From: Chrysomallon squamiferum
Taxonomy: Eukaryota > Animalia > Mollusca
NCBI GenBank assembly: GCA_012295275.1
Contig: CM022674.1
Span: forward strand, 16,306,001 to 16,370,000
DNA length: 64,000 nt
Direction: 5' to 3'
The notes below the pieces were generated by a model that worked only from the letters and a program-made list of their open reading frames with translations, was not told where the DNA came from and did no database searches. Position numbers and translations under genes: made by a program. Of this stretch, positions 38,632 through 53,221 are shown one piece after another (positions within the stretch are counted from its first letter, which is position 1; each line of letters opens with the position of its first letter).

Positions 38632-39539
38632 AACAGTAATGAAATTTGAATCATAATCAGTTTTGAACTAAAACTGTAATGAAATTCGACAATGTTCGGT
38701 TTTGAACTGAAACTGTAATGAAATTTGGTTCATAATCAGTTTTGAAATAAAACTCATGAAATTCGACCATGTTCTCTTTTTAATTGAAAATGTTACGACA
38801 ATTTGACCATCTTCTGATTTGAATTATAACTGTAATTCGAATCCAACTATTTCCTGTCGTCAATTACGACTGTAATAAAAATTTCACCATATTGTGTTTT
38901 AAATTATAACTGTAATGAACATCCGGCCATATTCTGTTTTGCACTGAAACTGTGATGAAAATTAGACGGTCAACTGGTTTGACGAACCTTGTTTGTTCAA
39001 ATGAAGTAATAGTATTAGCCTAATGAAAACTGAATTATCAACTAGAGAAAGAAACTAAAAATCAAAAATGAAACACAATTTCAAGTGACAGGAAGGTTTT
39101 GTTAGTTAAAATATTGTAAATAATGCCATTCAAATAAAAAAAAAAAAAAAAAATCAACAAAAAACCTCAGAAAGGTAGTTTCTTAAATTAAAGAAAAAAA
39201 ATGTCATTTGAAATAAAAATCTGAAAGAGAATATTTGAATTGTTTATGTGTTTTAACATTTATTGATAAAAATCTGAAAGAGAATATTTGAATTGTTTAT
39301 GTGTTTTAGGATTTATTGATAAAAATCCATAAACCACTAATTTTGAAACAATTGCTAAATGTAAATTTATAACACTTGTGAAAAATAATTTTATATTTGT
39401 TTTCTTTACAAACAGTTCTTAAATGTAAGTTTACGTAAACAAATGTTGCAGAATTCTTTTATTTTAATTTGTGTTCTGGATAAAGATATGTTTATGAAAA
39501 AATAAAAAATAAAAATTCTGTATAACTGGAGAATATAAA

Positions 39540-40170
39540 TTTTATGTTATCACTAGAAAAATACACACCGGAAGTGCAGGTAATTTGAAAGAAATACAAT
39601 AAGAAGAACAGTACGCATGCTAATAAGAAGAAACATTTCCTAAAATAAACAAAGCAACACAAAATAAATGAATGAATCGATAAATAAATAAATAACCGAA
39701 TACATACAATTCTAATACATTTCTGAAACAAATACACTAAAAATATGAAAACATGAAAACAATAAAACTGTCTGAAACTCACAAAGGAGTACCACATTTC
39801 AACATGTAGATATAGCAAGAGATTTACAAAGGACAATGGTAACTCATGTGCTAGGGGTTATAAGGGACGCTGTTGGTACAACGACTGTCACTATGCTGAT
39901 CACAATCTGTTTTGAGCTAAAAACTGTAATGAAATTCGACCATGTTCTCTTTATAAGTGAAACTATAACGACAATTTCACCATCTTCTGTTTAGAGCTAT
40001 AACTGTAATTCGAATCCAACTATCTTCTGTCGTTAATTAGAATTGTAATAGAAATTTCACCATCTTGAGTTTTCAATTATAACTGTAATGAAAATGCGGC
40101 CATATTCTGTTTTTCACTGAAACTGTCATAAAAGTTCGACCGTCTTGGCGCTTGAAGTGAAACTGTGTTG
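39540..40170 (+). pseudogene. FReD fragment (end of exon 4, shortened intron, partial exon 5, 40-bp repeats)
   Basis: TCACTAGAAAAATACACCGGAAGTGCAG/GTAATT-like exon 4 end; [24 protein letters not shown]; parallels 37615-39480. Confidence 0.75.
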
Positions 40171-40660
40171 TTAATTCAAATGAAACAACAGTACTAGCCT
40201 AAAGAAAAGTGAATTATTAACTAGAAAAATAAACTAAAATAAAAACGAAATAAAATTCCAATTGTCAGGAATGTTTTGTTAGTGAAAATATTGAGAAAAA
40301 ATGCCACTGGGAAAACATTTCAAACAAAATGTTTGAAATGTTTATTTCTTTTCGGATTTATTTCATAAAATCTGAAAACTACTTGTTTTGAAACAGTTAA
40401 ATTTATATAACGATAAATTTAATTTTATAACTGATTTGTTTGCAAAGGGTTATTAAATGTAATTCTATGTAAGCAAATGCTGCTGAATGCTTATATTTTA
40501 ATTCCTGTTCTGGATAAAGATAAATTCATGAAAAATGTGTTTGTTTCTTCGTATCTTTGTTCGTTGATTTGTTTATGTATTTTTTTGGTCTGTTTTACTA
40601 ATTAAATAATCGATTTATTTCAATATATACATACGTACTAACATACATACATCTATTCAT

Positions 40661-40705
<45 letters not shown>

Positions 40706-41740
40706 ATGTTTTGAAAACAAGAAGATATCAAAAACAAGAAGATATCATTAAAACGAGAGAAAACGAACAATTAAATAATAGTAATATTAATATTACAAAT
40801 ACTACTACTATTACTGCAACTGCCACGATCACTACTACTAATAATAAATATGCACACATACACTAACACGCAGCCACAGACACCGAGACGCAGATTGTAA
40901 GCACAATATGTAGTTCATATAAAAACACATGAATATTTTACATAACGTCATCTCTTTGAAGACTGAACAAACCTGGAAAAGTCGCTTCATTTCATCCCAA
41001 GTGACTCAGTTCTGTAGATGATCCTATATCGATCGCCCAGTGAAATGTTAATTTATTTGAAAAATAACAAGACAGGGTGACGAAAGGTTAATTATTTATT
41101 TGTATACAGTTCGCCAAGTTCTATTTCATTGTTTGTAAGAATTTATTTTTAACAATTTGTTTTTATTTAATCCCTTAGGATGTTTGTAACGTTGATTAAA
41201 AAGAATAAGTTTGTAAGTATGGACGTGCATATTAATACCTATACAAAACGAAAGGATATCAATAGAACAAAAGGAAAATGAAGGAGAAACTATCAAAGAT
41301 TCCGCTAGTTAAAGAAGAGCAAGTATAAAAATGTTATAGATAAACAAAACATATTTCAAATGATCATTTCCCTGATGACTATTATATGAATAAGTATAAA
41401 TGTGATTTGCATTCTCTTTCACTTATATATCTTCCAGCTGAACTTATAAAATCAATAGAATTATAAAAAACATATATCTACCGTTATTGTATTATTAAGT
41501 TAATGAACAAAATGAGACATTATCTTATTTAATACAGGATGAACTATTTCTTTTTCTGCACAGAAAGCAGAAGCTTGTGTCGAACGGGCAATGTATTGGG
41601 AAAGTTCACTTCAAATAACGATTAAAATTTCTTTCTACAATTAGATTTATTTAGTTCTGAACAGAGATACCTGAATATCAGCACTGATATCGTTTATCAA
41701 ATGGAGATAATGTGTTTGTGTGTGTGTGTATGTGAGAGAG

Positions 41741-41869
<129 letters not shown>

Positions 41870-42383
41870 AACAAAGGAAAAAGAAGGAAAGAGAAAATGC
41901 AAAATACAAGATATTCTGTTTGTTCAGCAAGCGTAAATATTAACTTCTCAAAGATAAATAAAACATATTTCAAATGACCATTTCCCTAATGACTATTATA
42001 TGAATAAGTATTAATGTTTTTATCTTTATCTTTGGCTTTCCTGTGTTTCAGCTAAACTAAGAGAATCGATAGTAATTGTTAAAAAAAACTATGTACCATT
42101 AGTATCTTATTAATTTAATCATCCAAGTGAGACGTTGCTTTCATTAATAAATGATGAAATATTTCTGCTCTGGACTGAAAATAGAAGCATGTTTCAAACA
42201 TTCAGTATAATTTGAAGAGACCAGTTTGGTATAGTGCTAGTTACCGTGTCTTGGAAACATTAATAGAAGTAATTAATAGTTCATTTCGATCTATGAAATA
42301 ACGATTAAAAGTTCTTTATCTAACTGGATTAATTTAGTTCTGAACTGAGATACCTAAATTTCATCGCTGATATCGTGTATAAA

Positions 42384-42897
42384 ATGAAGATAACGAAAAT
42401 GATCTACATGATAATATTCTGTGTTTAGCATTTCTGATAATCGTTGTTTCTTTTTCCAATTCCGAGCTTGGCACTCGTAAGACTTTTCGGAAGTTACCAC
42501 AGTACAACGATAAGAAACCTACAGAAGATCCTTCAAAAGAATTGAACGTGTCCAGTAAACTCTACTGCGTCACACAATGTTCCAGCACGGCATCTGTTCT
42601 CTGTATAATCAAACATTGAATTCTTTTTCGTTTGTTAGCGAGGCAGAATCACATGTTATGATATATTCGGTGTAGATATAATTAATGTTATTATTGTACA
42701 GAAAATGTTCCATCTGGCTGTTTAATGTGACACTTTCATCAACCCTGGTAGAGAAAATTGGATACTCAACGGAATGAGACAATGGTAGTACACGTGCTAT
42801 CAATTAATGTTACTGTATGAGAAAGTGGTTCCTCTGACTGTGTAAAGATAAATAATGTTAGTATTGTCAGAGAAGGGGTTCTCTGTCATTGTGTAGA

Positions 42898-42949
<52 letters not shown>

Positions 42950-43721
42950 GTTGTTGTTGTTGTTGTTGTTTTTGTTACAGAAAGCGATGGTCTAACTTTG
43001 TAGAGATAGTTAATGTTATTGTCAAAGAAAGTGTTTCCTATGATTGTGTAGAGATAATTGCTGTTATTTATTTTACAGAAAGTGTTCCGTCTGACTGTGT
43101 AGAGATCATTATGAATGGAGGTATAACAAGCGGAGTTTATACAATTGTACCATGTGACAACGGTACACCAATCAGGGCGTACTGCGAAATATCTGAGAAT
43201 GATAGCGGTTGGCTTGTAAGTTTGATAAATGCTTTTATTAATTCTTCTATTATTTTCATTTCATCCACTGTTACTGGTTTTTTTTCTCTCTCTTTTGTCT
43301 CTTTTCTTCCTTTTCGCTTCGCTTTATTCATGTGTGTTTTATTGTGTGTTGAACTATTTTTTTCTTTTTAACTCTTTTTTCTGTTCTTCTTTTGATGTTC
43401 AGGTACTTCAGAGACGGACGGACGGATCAGAAGATTTCTACAGAACGTGGCAAGAATACAGAGACGGATTTGGTTCATCAACTAACGAAGTCTGGTTAGG
43501 TAAGTAATTAATAATAAATAATTAAAATATTCATAAAAAGTGAGTTAAGGGATGAAATCACAAATATAATGTATCAAAATGTGTTTTTGTGTTTTTGTGT
43601 GGGTGTGGGTGTGTGTCTGTGTTTGTATATTTGTGTATCTTTACATATATGAATGAGTATCATTAAAAAGAAAAGAAAATATGTATGTCTTTAAAAATAC
43701 CTGAAGACATATTTGAAGATG

Positions 43722-43799
<78 letters not shown>

Positions 43800-44680
43800 T
43801 AAATAATAATAAAATAAAATAAAATAAAATATCTCGATATTTTATGATTCATTGAACGATTATCGATCAGGTTTGTATTACCAGGCAATGAGAACATATA
43901 TCGCTTGACCAGACAGGGTTTCTACGATCTAAAAATTGACTTGGAAGATTTTGAAGGAAACACGACTTTTGCCATCTTCAAAACTTTCTCAATAACTGGA
44001 GAAGATGATTTTTATCGGTTATCAGTGGAAAAATACAGCGGAAATGCAGCTGATCTAAGTAACTTTTTCCTTTATTTTTCAACTGATATTAGGTATATTA
44101 TAAGCAGACAAATACCGATGAGTAATACATTTATTAATATTATGGTAAAATTCATATATAACCAATGACAGTCGATCGATTGGTTATATATTTATAACTT
44201 TTCTTAGGTAGATAACATAATTTATATATATATATATATTGCTAGGTGGAAAAATATATCTCTCTATATATATATATATTTCTCTGTCTATTTACACATA
44301 CAAACATTTATAGATACACATACACTTATATGTTACATAGATAGATAGAGAGATACGGAGAGATAGCAATATAATTATATGGTAGATAAAACAACACACA
44401 CACACACACATATACAACTTTCTGAAAAAACAACATCCTTATTTAGGAATATGTGTTACAAAAGCGGTTACTTCACAGAGAAAAAAACCCATTAAGCTGG
44501 TATTAAGAATTATGTTTAGACAAAAGTCGTAGTCGTTGTTGTTGCTGTTGTATGTTGGAAAACTGATTCTAATAATTATAGAATGTTTACTTGTAGGTGA
44601 TGCTTAACAAACACCGTAACAGATATCGTTCGTCACAATGGTATGAGATTCTCTACAAACGACCGAAAATTTTGAACTAA
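42384..44680 (+). pseudogene. PAN-FReD pseudogene with open exons 2-4
   Basis: Exon 1 from 42384 is frameshifted and internally deleted; exons 43079-43215, 43403-43499 and 43885-44049 are open; exon 4 donor mutated GT>CT at 44050; subtype-B exon 5 from 44597 is truncated. Confidence 0.88.
42685..43110 (+). repeat. About 6 tandem copies of the intron 1/exon 2 acceptor unit (~48-51 bp)
   Basis: Repeated GTTATTGTTACAG/AAAGTGTTCC.TCTGACTGTGTAGAGATA-like units near 42697, 42818, 42868, 42978, 43025 and 43075. Confidence 0.75.
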
Positions 44681-44978
44681 AACTGTAATGAAAATTTTCC
44701 CACTTTCTGTTTTGAACTAAACATATAATGAAAATTTCAACATCTGTTTTCAAGTAAAACTGTAATGAAAATTCCTCCATTTTCTGTTTCGAGAATTCCA
44801 CACCATTCTCTGTTGATATGAGACAACAGTAGTAGCTTAATCGATATGAATTATTACTTAGAGAAATAAAGGAAAACAAAAATAAAGAAACAAAGTTACA
44901 GTTTGCAGGAATGTTGTGGTTTTTTGGTCAAAATATTGATACTGATAAACAGAAAATTGTGCATTAAAAAAAGAAGAA

Positions 44979-45024
<46 letters not shown>

Positions 45025-46254
45025 TAAATGTTTATTTAATTTTGCTAATGGTTTTAAAAGTATTTGATTAATGTCGAGACTTTATTAGTGGGATCTTTAT
45101 ACATTTATAATTCAAAGTTGCTGAAGGTAAATTTATAGCAATCATCTTTTCAAACAGTTGCTAAATCTAATTAAATAACTATTGTATTTGGAAAGAGTTG
45201 TTAAATTTAAATCGATGTAAACAAATGTTGCTGAATTATTTTATTTTAAAACCTGTTCCGTGTAAAGATACATTTAAAATAATATAAAAAAGATAACTAT
45301 TACTGATACTTGAAACGTTCGTCTGATATCGGTAGATTATAATAATCCATTCAGCCTTAGGCGAGCTTCTCTTTTTTTCACATTCGTGATTGTTTATGCT
45401 GATTTTATATAAAAACTATAGTTTGTTTTGTATACTGTGTAAAAGAGATTGTAAAAGATTCCTCACTGTTGATGCAAAATGTATTTTGTGAAGGAGAAAT
45501 GCTTGAAAGTTGAAATAGTGTTGATTCTAAGTTTTAAAATGTTTCGTATTCTCTCTGTAACAAAAGGAAAATATTTTCAAGACTTAATTATTATTATTAT
45601 TATAATTATTATTATTTTTTTTTTTGATTGTTTCTTTCTTTATTTCTTTGTTTATTTCTTTGTTTATTTTTGTTGTTTTTTGTTATTTATTTGTTGACGT
45701 GCTTCTTTAATTATTTGTCTCTTTTATTTATTTCTTCGTTTATTTATTTCAGTAGTTCATACATGCATACATACATACGTACACAGACACACACACAAAC
45801 ACACACACATATATTTATATATATATATATATATATATAATATAAAACCTCACTGTAAACACAATATGTGGTTTATGTAAAAACACATTAATATTTTAAA
45901 TAACGTCATCTCTTCGAAGACAAAACAAAGCTGGGAAAGTCGGTTTGAACTGATCCCACGAGACTAGTTCTGTAGATGACCGTGTACAGACTGATCAGTG
46001 TTTTGTAAAGGCAGTTTGAACAAATAACAAGTCAGGTGTAGAACGATAAATTATTTATTTGTATACACTTCGGTAAGTTCTATTTCACTATTAGTGATAT
46101 TGTATTGTTCACAATTTGTTTTTAATTTAATCCCTTGGGATCTTTGTAACACTGATTAAAAGCAATAAGTTTGAAATCATGTACACATATTAAAACCTAC
46201 TTCGTGCTTCGTGGGCAGCGACGGTTACCTTCGATTATTGAGATTAACTTTTTT

Positions 46255-46430
46255 GAGTCTCGATGGCCGAACAGTAACGTCGTCCGCATTCGGAGTGCTG
46301 GGGAATGTGTGCCTAACGTTCGAGTCTCGTCAGCGGCATCTGACGGGTTTGTGAGCTTGTGATTTGACACTGTCCTCCCGCACGAGTGGTTTCTGAACAT
46401 TGTCTATGTGCAGAGTGTAATAAGATGTAC
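46255..46430 (+). mobile_element. Probable tRNA-derived SINE remnant
   Basis: GC-richer island after a T-run, with an A-box-like TGGCCGAACAGT and a B-box-like GTTCGAGTC about 55 nt downstream; no intact cloverleaf seen. Confidence 0.5.
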
Positions 46431-47399
46431 ATAAAACAGAGAATATTCAAATCCTAATAATTCGTAATCTCCTATATTTTACACTTGAACTGTCTGACGA
46501 AAAAAAAAAATATTTAGCATTTACTGATATGTAATATGTTATTATAATATTACTTTAATTTGCACATTCATAATACATTAGTATAATATATTAATTTGCA
46601 TATTCATAGTGTATTATTGTTATAATTGGTTTATATTAGCACATTTATGATACATTATTATACTAACATTCGTACTTATGCTTATTCATAATATTTCACG
46701 TTTGCATATTTATAAAAGTTAATCAGACAGTAGTTTACATTCGCATATTAATAATAATATATTATAATGTTTGTCACATATGGATGATATGTTTGTCCTT
46801 TGCATAACTGAGGTCAATACTGTCACTGAATAGGAAATAACTGAACTGTGCTAAAATTAGATGAAATACAGGCCTTGTGTAGGATCAATAGTTTCAGGTT
46901 AGCCCTAAAATCCTGAATGATTTATCAGTTATTGTAAGTGTTCAGCTTATTCCTAATTTGTTATTATAATTATTATTTTACATATTATGATGTAACAGAT
47001 ATTCCATATTTTAAATTGAATGTAAATTATTATTATAGTTAGTATTTCACATTTCTTATTGATTAAAAATTATGTTTAATGATTATTCATTTTCATTTTA
47101 AATGTTTGTAGTTAATTATCAGTGAAATTAACTTCTAAATTTACTGAGACATTGCGTCCAGTACAGGCATGATTTAACATTGAGAATGAAATATCATTAC
47201 AAACTCTTACTCATTAACTTTTTAATCATATGCAAACAATCTTTGATTTATTTTAGATCACTCAGTAATAATGATTTTTGTGAATAAGAAATATTTTTAA
47301 CTTTTGCATCAAGTGTTGCGTTTGTTTAATATTTTCTAATGGAGAGAAGTTAAAACCAGATCAATATGTAATGTTCTAACATTTGTGGTTTGGAAGCTT

Positions 47400-47790
47400 T
47401 AATAGAAGATGTTCTAATTTAAATTTGTCTTTAAATATTCTATTGTTAATTCCTTTAGATGACTCACCTTTATATCTATTCTATTTTTATGAGAACTGAT
47501 GAGATATAATTCTTACTGCATGTTTCTACCACAAATCATTCAGTTTGACACATGATTATATATAACATAAACACATTCATCTAGTATACTTTTTCACAGA
47601 AGATAATTAAGACTTGATACAACATTTACATTACAGTTGTACGATGACATGTAGAGTACACCAAGAAATGTGTACGGTGTATTTAATGTAATGATTGTTA
47701 TTGTAACACATACAGACAACTGATATCTTTCTAATTCTCCATAAACCACAAAGCGTGGTGTTGTTTTGTAAATGCTTAATATAGATTTAT
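47400..47790 (-). mobile_element. LINE remnant paralogous to about 34110-34520
   Basis: KSILSIYKTTPRFVVYGELERYQL matches the K.TP...VYGELGRYP post-RT motif; it lies in a block (46550-47790) homologous to 32600-34500. Confidence 0.7.
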
Positions 47791-48461
47791 ACACAAATTA
47801 TTAAAATATAAGAATAGTAGAAACAACAACAACAATAAAATAAATATAATAGAAATACACACACTCTCTCACACACACACAAAAGTAATAATAATAATAA
47901 TAAAATAAAATAAAATAAATAATACAAATATAAAATAAAAAGAACAACCAAATAAACGCTATAGAGAAGATACATCGAACAATCGACAACAATGCAAAAG
48001 CAAGACTAAGTAAAAACAAAAGAATCATTTTGGTCCAAACCAGTTACTGAAGTAAAACATAAAAAACATGAAGATTCTGCTAGTTCAGCAAACGTAAATA
48101 CAAAATTTTCAAAGATGAACAAACAACATTTCAAATGGTCAGTTGAACTGACAGAATCAATAGAAATTATAAAGAGAGGATATCTACCATTATTGTATTA
48201 TTAAGTTAACCAACCAAGTGAGATGTGGTTTTGCATAATACAGTATGAAATATTTCTATTCTGGACAGAAATCAGAAGCTTGTGTCAAATGATTAATATA
48301 TTTGAAGAGTTCAGTTTAGTAGTGTCAGTGTCTTGCAAACATTAGTAGAAGAAATTACTAATTTATTTGGCTCTCTAAAATAACCATTAAAATCTCTTTA
48401 TATAAGTAGATTAATTTAGTTCTGAATAGCGATATCTGAATTTCAACATACTGTTTATAAA

Positions 48462-48851
48462 ATGGAGATAATGAAAAAGATCAACGAGATAATATTCTGT
48501 GTTTTAGCATATATGATAATCGTTGTTTCTTTCTGCAATTTCGAGATTAGCACTCGTAAGACTTTTCGAAAGTTACCACAATACCAAGATAAGAAACTTG
48601 AAGAAGATCCTTCAAAAGAATTGACCGTGTCCAGTAAATTGCACTGTATGACAGAACATGCCAGCAACGTAGGCTGTAAACTTGGGCTTATTATTTCTAT
48701 CATTTCAAGACTGGTGAACAAAACAGAGCTACCAAGAAAGGTTTTTAATGATCGTCCAAGACATGGTGGACCCCGTAAGACAACAACAAGAAAGGAGAGA
48801 GCACTGTTGACACTTATTAGATACCGTTCATGGGCTCAACCCCATCTTTAA
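48462..48851 (+). pseudogene. Chimeric ORF: PAN-FReD exon 1 (signal peptide + half PAN) fused in frame to a Tc1 HTH remnant
   Basis: MEIMKKINEIIFCVLAYM...SSKLHCMTEHASNVGCK joined to LGLIISIISRLVNK...RPRHGGPRKTTTRKERALLTLIR. Confidence 0.75.
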
Positions 48852-49110
48852 AACACCAGTGATTAGCACTGAGAACCATTTCCTATACGACAGTCAGGAA
48901 TCGGCTAAAAGCAGGAGGAAAAACCATCAAGCATGTAAAACTATTTCCAGCTCAGAAATCATCACCTCGACTTGTCGCGTGTAATCAAAGTGTTAGAAGG
49001 AACATTTCAAAACTGCTGAGAATTCATTTTGCGATTAGACTCATTTCTTACTGTGTAGGTGGATGGTCGTATACGTGTTTTGAGCCAAAGGATCACAGCC
49101 ATGGTTATAT
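48670..49110 (+). mobile_element. Tc1/mariner transposase remnant, homolog of 38010-38390
   Basis: GGPRKTT, SYTTVRNRLKAGG and DGRIRV motifs; nucleotide match to 38090-38390. Confidence 0.75.
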
Positions 49111-49126
49111 CCAAAGTGACTGGTGG

Positions 49127-49159
<33 letters not shown>

Positions 49160-49568
49160 ATACACATACCCAAACACACATCCACACACATACCCATAAA
49201 TATTAAGATACATTTCATATATATATATTTATTTATTTATTGTTTTGTTTACATATATAAATAAAACAATAAATTAATATTTGAAGACGGTGTCTGGCAT
49301 TAGGGTAATTGTCTAAATATTTCACAGACATGTTCGCCATTCTAACTGTAATATATACATATAGTTAGCAGTACATTTAAAAATGTCGATAAAATAAGAG
49401 ATGTATAACGGCTACGTGACTGGAAAGATCAAACATTAAACTAGATCAAAAGTTACGTTTACTGAAGAGTGTCATCACTGTAGTTGTAGTCGTTGATCCT
49501 ACTGTTTTGTGTTGGAAAAATGATTGAAACGAATGTGATTCTAATAATTATAGAATGTTTACTTCTAG

Positions 49569-49765
49569 GTGATGCCTTGATAAACACTAAAACGGATGTT
49601 ATGGATTATAAGGGAGGCTGTGATACAATCAGTGTCAGTGTGAATAGAAACTCAAATGAAAATTCGATTATGTTCTGGTTTGAAATAAAACTGTAATGAA
49701 AATTGGACCATCTTCTGTTTTCAACTAAAATGTAATGAAAATTCCACTATCTTCAGGTTTGAACA
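49569..49765 (+). pseudogene. Collapsed subtype-B FReD exon 5 plus 40-bp repeats
   Basis: TTCTAG/GTGATGCCTTGATAAACACT (GDALINT)..YKGG, then MKI-type repeat units. Confidence 0.65.
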
Positions 49766-50002
49766 CATTTTTTTTTTCACATTCGTGCTTGATTTTGCTG
49801 ACTTTAGGTAAAAACTATAGTAGGTGCTGTACTGTATAAAATAGTTCGTAAATGATTCGTCGCTGCTGATATAAAAATACATTTTGTGAAGGAAACAAAT
49901 ATTTGAAAGTTCTACCATTGATGATTCCAGATTCGAAAATATGTCGTATTATCTCTTTAATAGAAACAAGATATTTATTTATTTATTTATTTATTTATTT
50001 AT

Positions 50003-50033
<31 letters not shown>

Positions 50034-51604
50034 GTCCTTCTTTTATTGTCTGTTTGATTGTTTATTTATTTGTATATTATTTAATTCTCTTTATTGTTTA
50101 TTCGTTGATATGTTTATTAATTTATCTATTTATTTATTTATATATTTTTATTAACATTTGACCATCCATAATTTATTATATTTTACATTTGAATATTCAG
50201 GAAAAAAAATAATATAATATATATTCTACTTAATATATTTTTATAATAATTATAGCATTTGATCATTTGAACTGACAGGAATGTTTCCTTACACAAAATA
50301 TTGAAGACAAAAAAAATGATTGGGAAAAAAATATGAAACAAAATGTTTGAAATGTTTATTTCTTTTCGGATTTATTTCATATAAATCTGCAAACTACTAA
50401 TTTTGAAACAATTGCTGAATGTAAATTTTTAACACTTGCTAAATTTAATTTTATAATTGATTTGTTTGGAAAGAGTTGTTAAATGTAATTGAATGTAAGC
50501 AAATGTTGCTGATTGTTTTTTTTTTTATTCGTGTTCTGGATAAAGATAAATGTACACACACACTCTCTCACACACACACACATATATTATGTTTGAAAAA
50601 ATATGTGTATGAGCAGGATTTTTAAAAAACAGGAAGATATCATTAAAGCAAGAGAAAACACAAAATTAAGTAATAATAATATTAATATTACAAATGCCTC
50701 TACTAATACTGCAACTACAACTATTTCTACTACTACTACTAATAATAATAATAAATATGCACACGTACCCAAACACACAGACACACAAACACACAGACAC
50801 AGACTGTAAACACAATACCTACTTGATGTTAAAACAAATGAATATTTAAAATAACGAGATCTCTTTGAAGACTGAACAAAGCTGGGAAAGTCGCTTCATT
50901 TGATCCCACGTGATTCTGTTCTGTAGATGATCATACATTGATCGATCAGTATATTTGGAAAAATAATAAAACAGGTGACGAAATGTAAATTATTTATTTG
51001 TATACAGTTCGGTAAGTTCTATTTGAATGTTTGCATTAATTTATTCTTAACAATTTGTTTTTGACTTAATCCCTTAGGATGTTCGTAACGGTGATTAAAA
51101 ACAATAAGTTTGTAAGTATGGACGTGCATATTAATAACTACAAAAAAATAAAAAGACAAAGGATACCAATAAAACAAAAGGAACAATAAAGAGAAAGTAT
51201 CAGATATTCCACTAGTTCAGCAAGAGTAAATATAAAACTTTTATAGATGACTAAAACATATTTCAAATGATCATTTCCCTGATGACTATTACATGAATAA
51301 GTATAAATATGATTTCCATTCTGATTCACTTCTACATGATTCAGCTGAATTGACAGAATCAATAGCATTCAAAAAAATATATATCCACCGTTACTGTATT
51401 ATTAAGTTAATCAATCAAGTACGACATTGTTTTATTTAATACAGGATGAAATATTTCTGTTTTGAACAGAAAGCAGTAGCTTGTGCCGAACCGGCAATAC
51501 ACTGGAAAAGTTCAGTTCAAATAACATTTAGAATTTCTTTCTATAATTATATTAATTTAGTTCTGAACAGAAATACCTGAATTTCTGCACTGATATATTT
51601 TATG

Positions 51605-51679
<75 letters not shown>

Positions 51680-52955
51680 GGAAAGAGAAAATGGAAGATA
51701 TTCTGCTTGTTCAGCAAACGTAAATATTAATTTCTCAAAGATGAATGAAACATATTTCATGTGATCATTTCCCTAATGACTATTATATGAATAAGTACTA
51801 ATATATTTACCTTTATCTTTGGCTTCTATATGTTTCAGCTAAAGTTAGAGAATCAATAGTAATTATTAAAAAGAACTATCTACCATTAGTATCTTATTAA
51901 TTTAATCATCCAAGTGAAACGTGGTTTTCATTAATAAAGGATGAAACATATTTCATGTGATCATTTCCCCAATGACTATTATATGAATAAGTACTAATAT
52001 ATTTACCTTTATCTTTGGCTTCTATATGTTTCAGCTAAAGTTAGAGAATCAATAGTAATTATTAAAAAAAACTATCTACCATTAGTATCTTATTAATTTA
52101 ATCATTCCAAGTGAGACGTGGTTTTCATTAATAAAGGATGAAATAAATAAATAAATCCAAATATATTTAGTTCTAAACAACAACAAGAGCAGAAACTATC
52201 AATATAAAAAAACAAAACAAAAAAAAACATAAAAAATGTCCGGCGAGAATTATGCAGGTAGACAAAAACATTCCTTTGATATAAGTTAGGACAGAACTTG
52301 AACATATGTATGATTAGTAAATTAATACAGGTACGAACTGTAGTTTAGTACAAGCACAAAATTAAATATATTTAGATATAGACACTAAACAGTGAAGATA
52401 TAAATAATATACGAAATGAGCTACAAATGAAAGATGCCAACAAGTTGAAAAAAAAGTACATTTATCTGTGTAAATGAAAAGTATAGATAGAGGTGTATAT
52501 AAAAGAATACATTTATGTATAAAAATAAAATAATATATTAATATGAAGAAAAAACTATACATGAAGTTAAAACAATAAATAAAAACATATTTACATATGT
52601 AGATGAGACTGATAAATTTATAAATAAATAAAACAATAAAAGTATATATTTATATGTCTAAGTTAATGAATAAATAAATGCATAAAACAAGATAATTATA
52701 TCTCTATGTAAACAAAATGATTATATGTTCAAATTTTGTTTAATATATTTAGAACAATACTTGTATGTGTTTGTATATTAAGCAATAAAAATAACGTTAG
52801 GAGTAAATAAAACAGTATATTTATATGTTGAAATTACCAATATATTTATACGTGTAGAAAAAAGAGTAAAACAAATTATTTCACAGAAAACAACAAGCAT
52901 TAAATGTTATATTTAAGGAAGAGTGGCCTCATTGTTATAGTAATACAATTTTCAG

Positions 52956-53221
52956 ATGACACTTTCATCAACACTAAACAAGAAGCTGCTATTCTCAACG
53001 GAATGAGATTCTCTACAAAGGACAATGGTAGTACATGTGCTGTCCTATGTAAGGGAGCCTGGTGGTACAATAAGTGTCACAGTTCCAATCTAAACGGTCT
53101 GTATCTTAATGGAACCAATGAACTCTTTGGCAAAGGAATAAACTGGGCACCATGGAGAGGCTTTCTTTATTCACTGAAGAAAACTGTAATGAAAATTCGA
53201 CCATCTTCAGTTTTGGACTAA
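52956..53221 (+). CDS. Orphan open terminal exon (subtype A) of PAN-FReD gene
   Basis: TTTTCAG acceptor; 266 nt; [47 protein letters not shown]...[10 protein letters not shown]. Exons 1-4 are missing directly upstream. Confidence 0.8.

Noticed and set aside
46255-46340. Functional tRNA gene
   Set aside because: A/B-box-like motifs are present, but there is no convincing cloverleaf or terminator; better explained as a SINE head.
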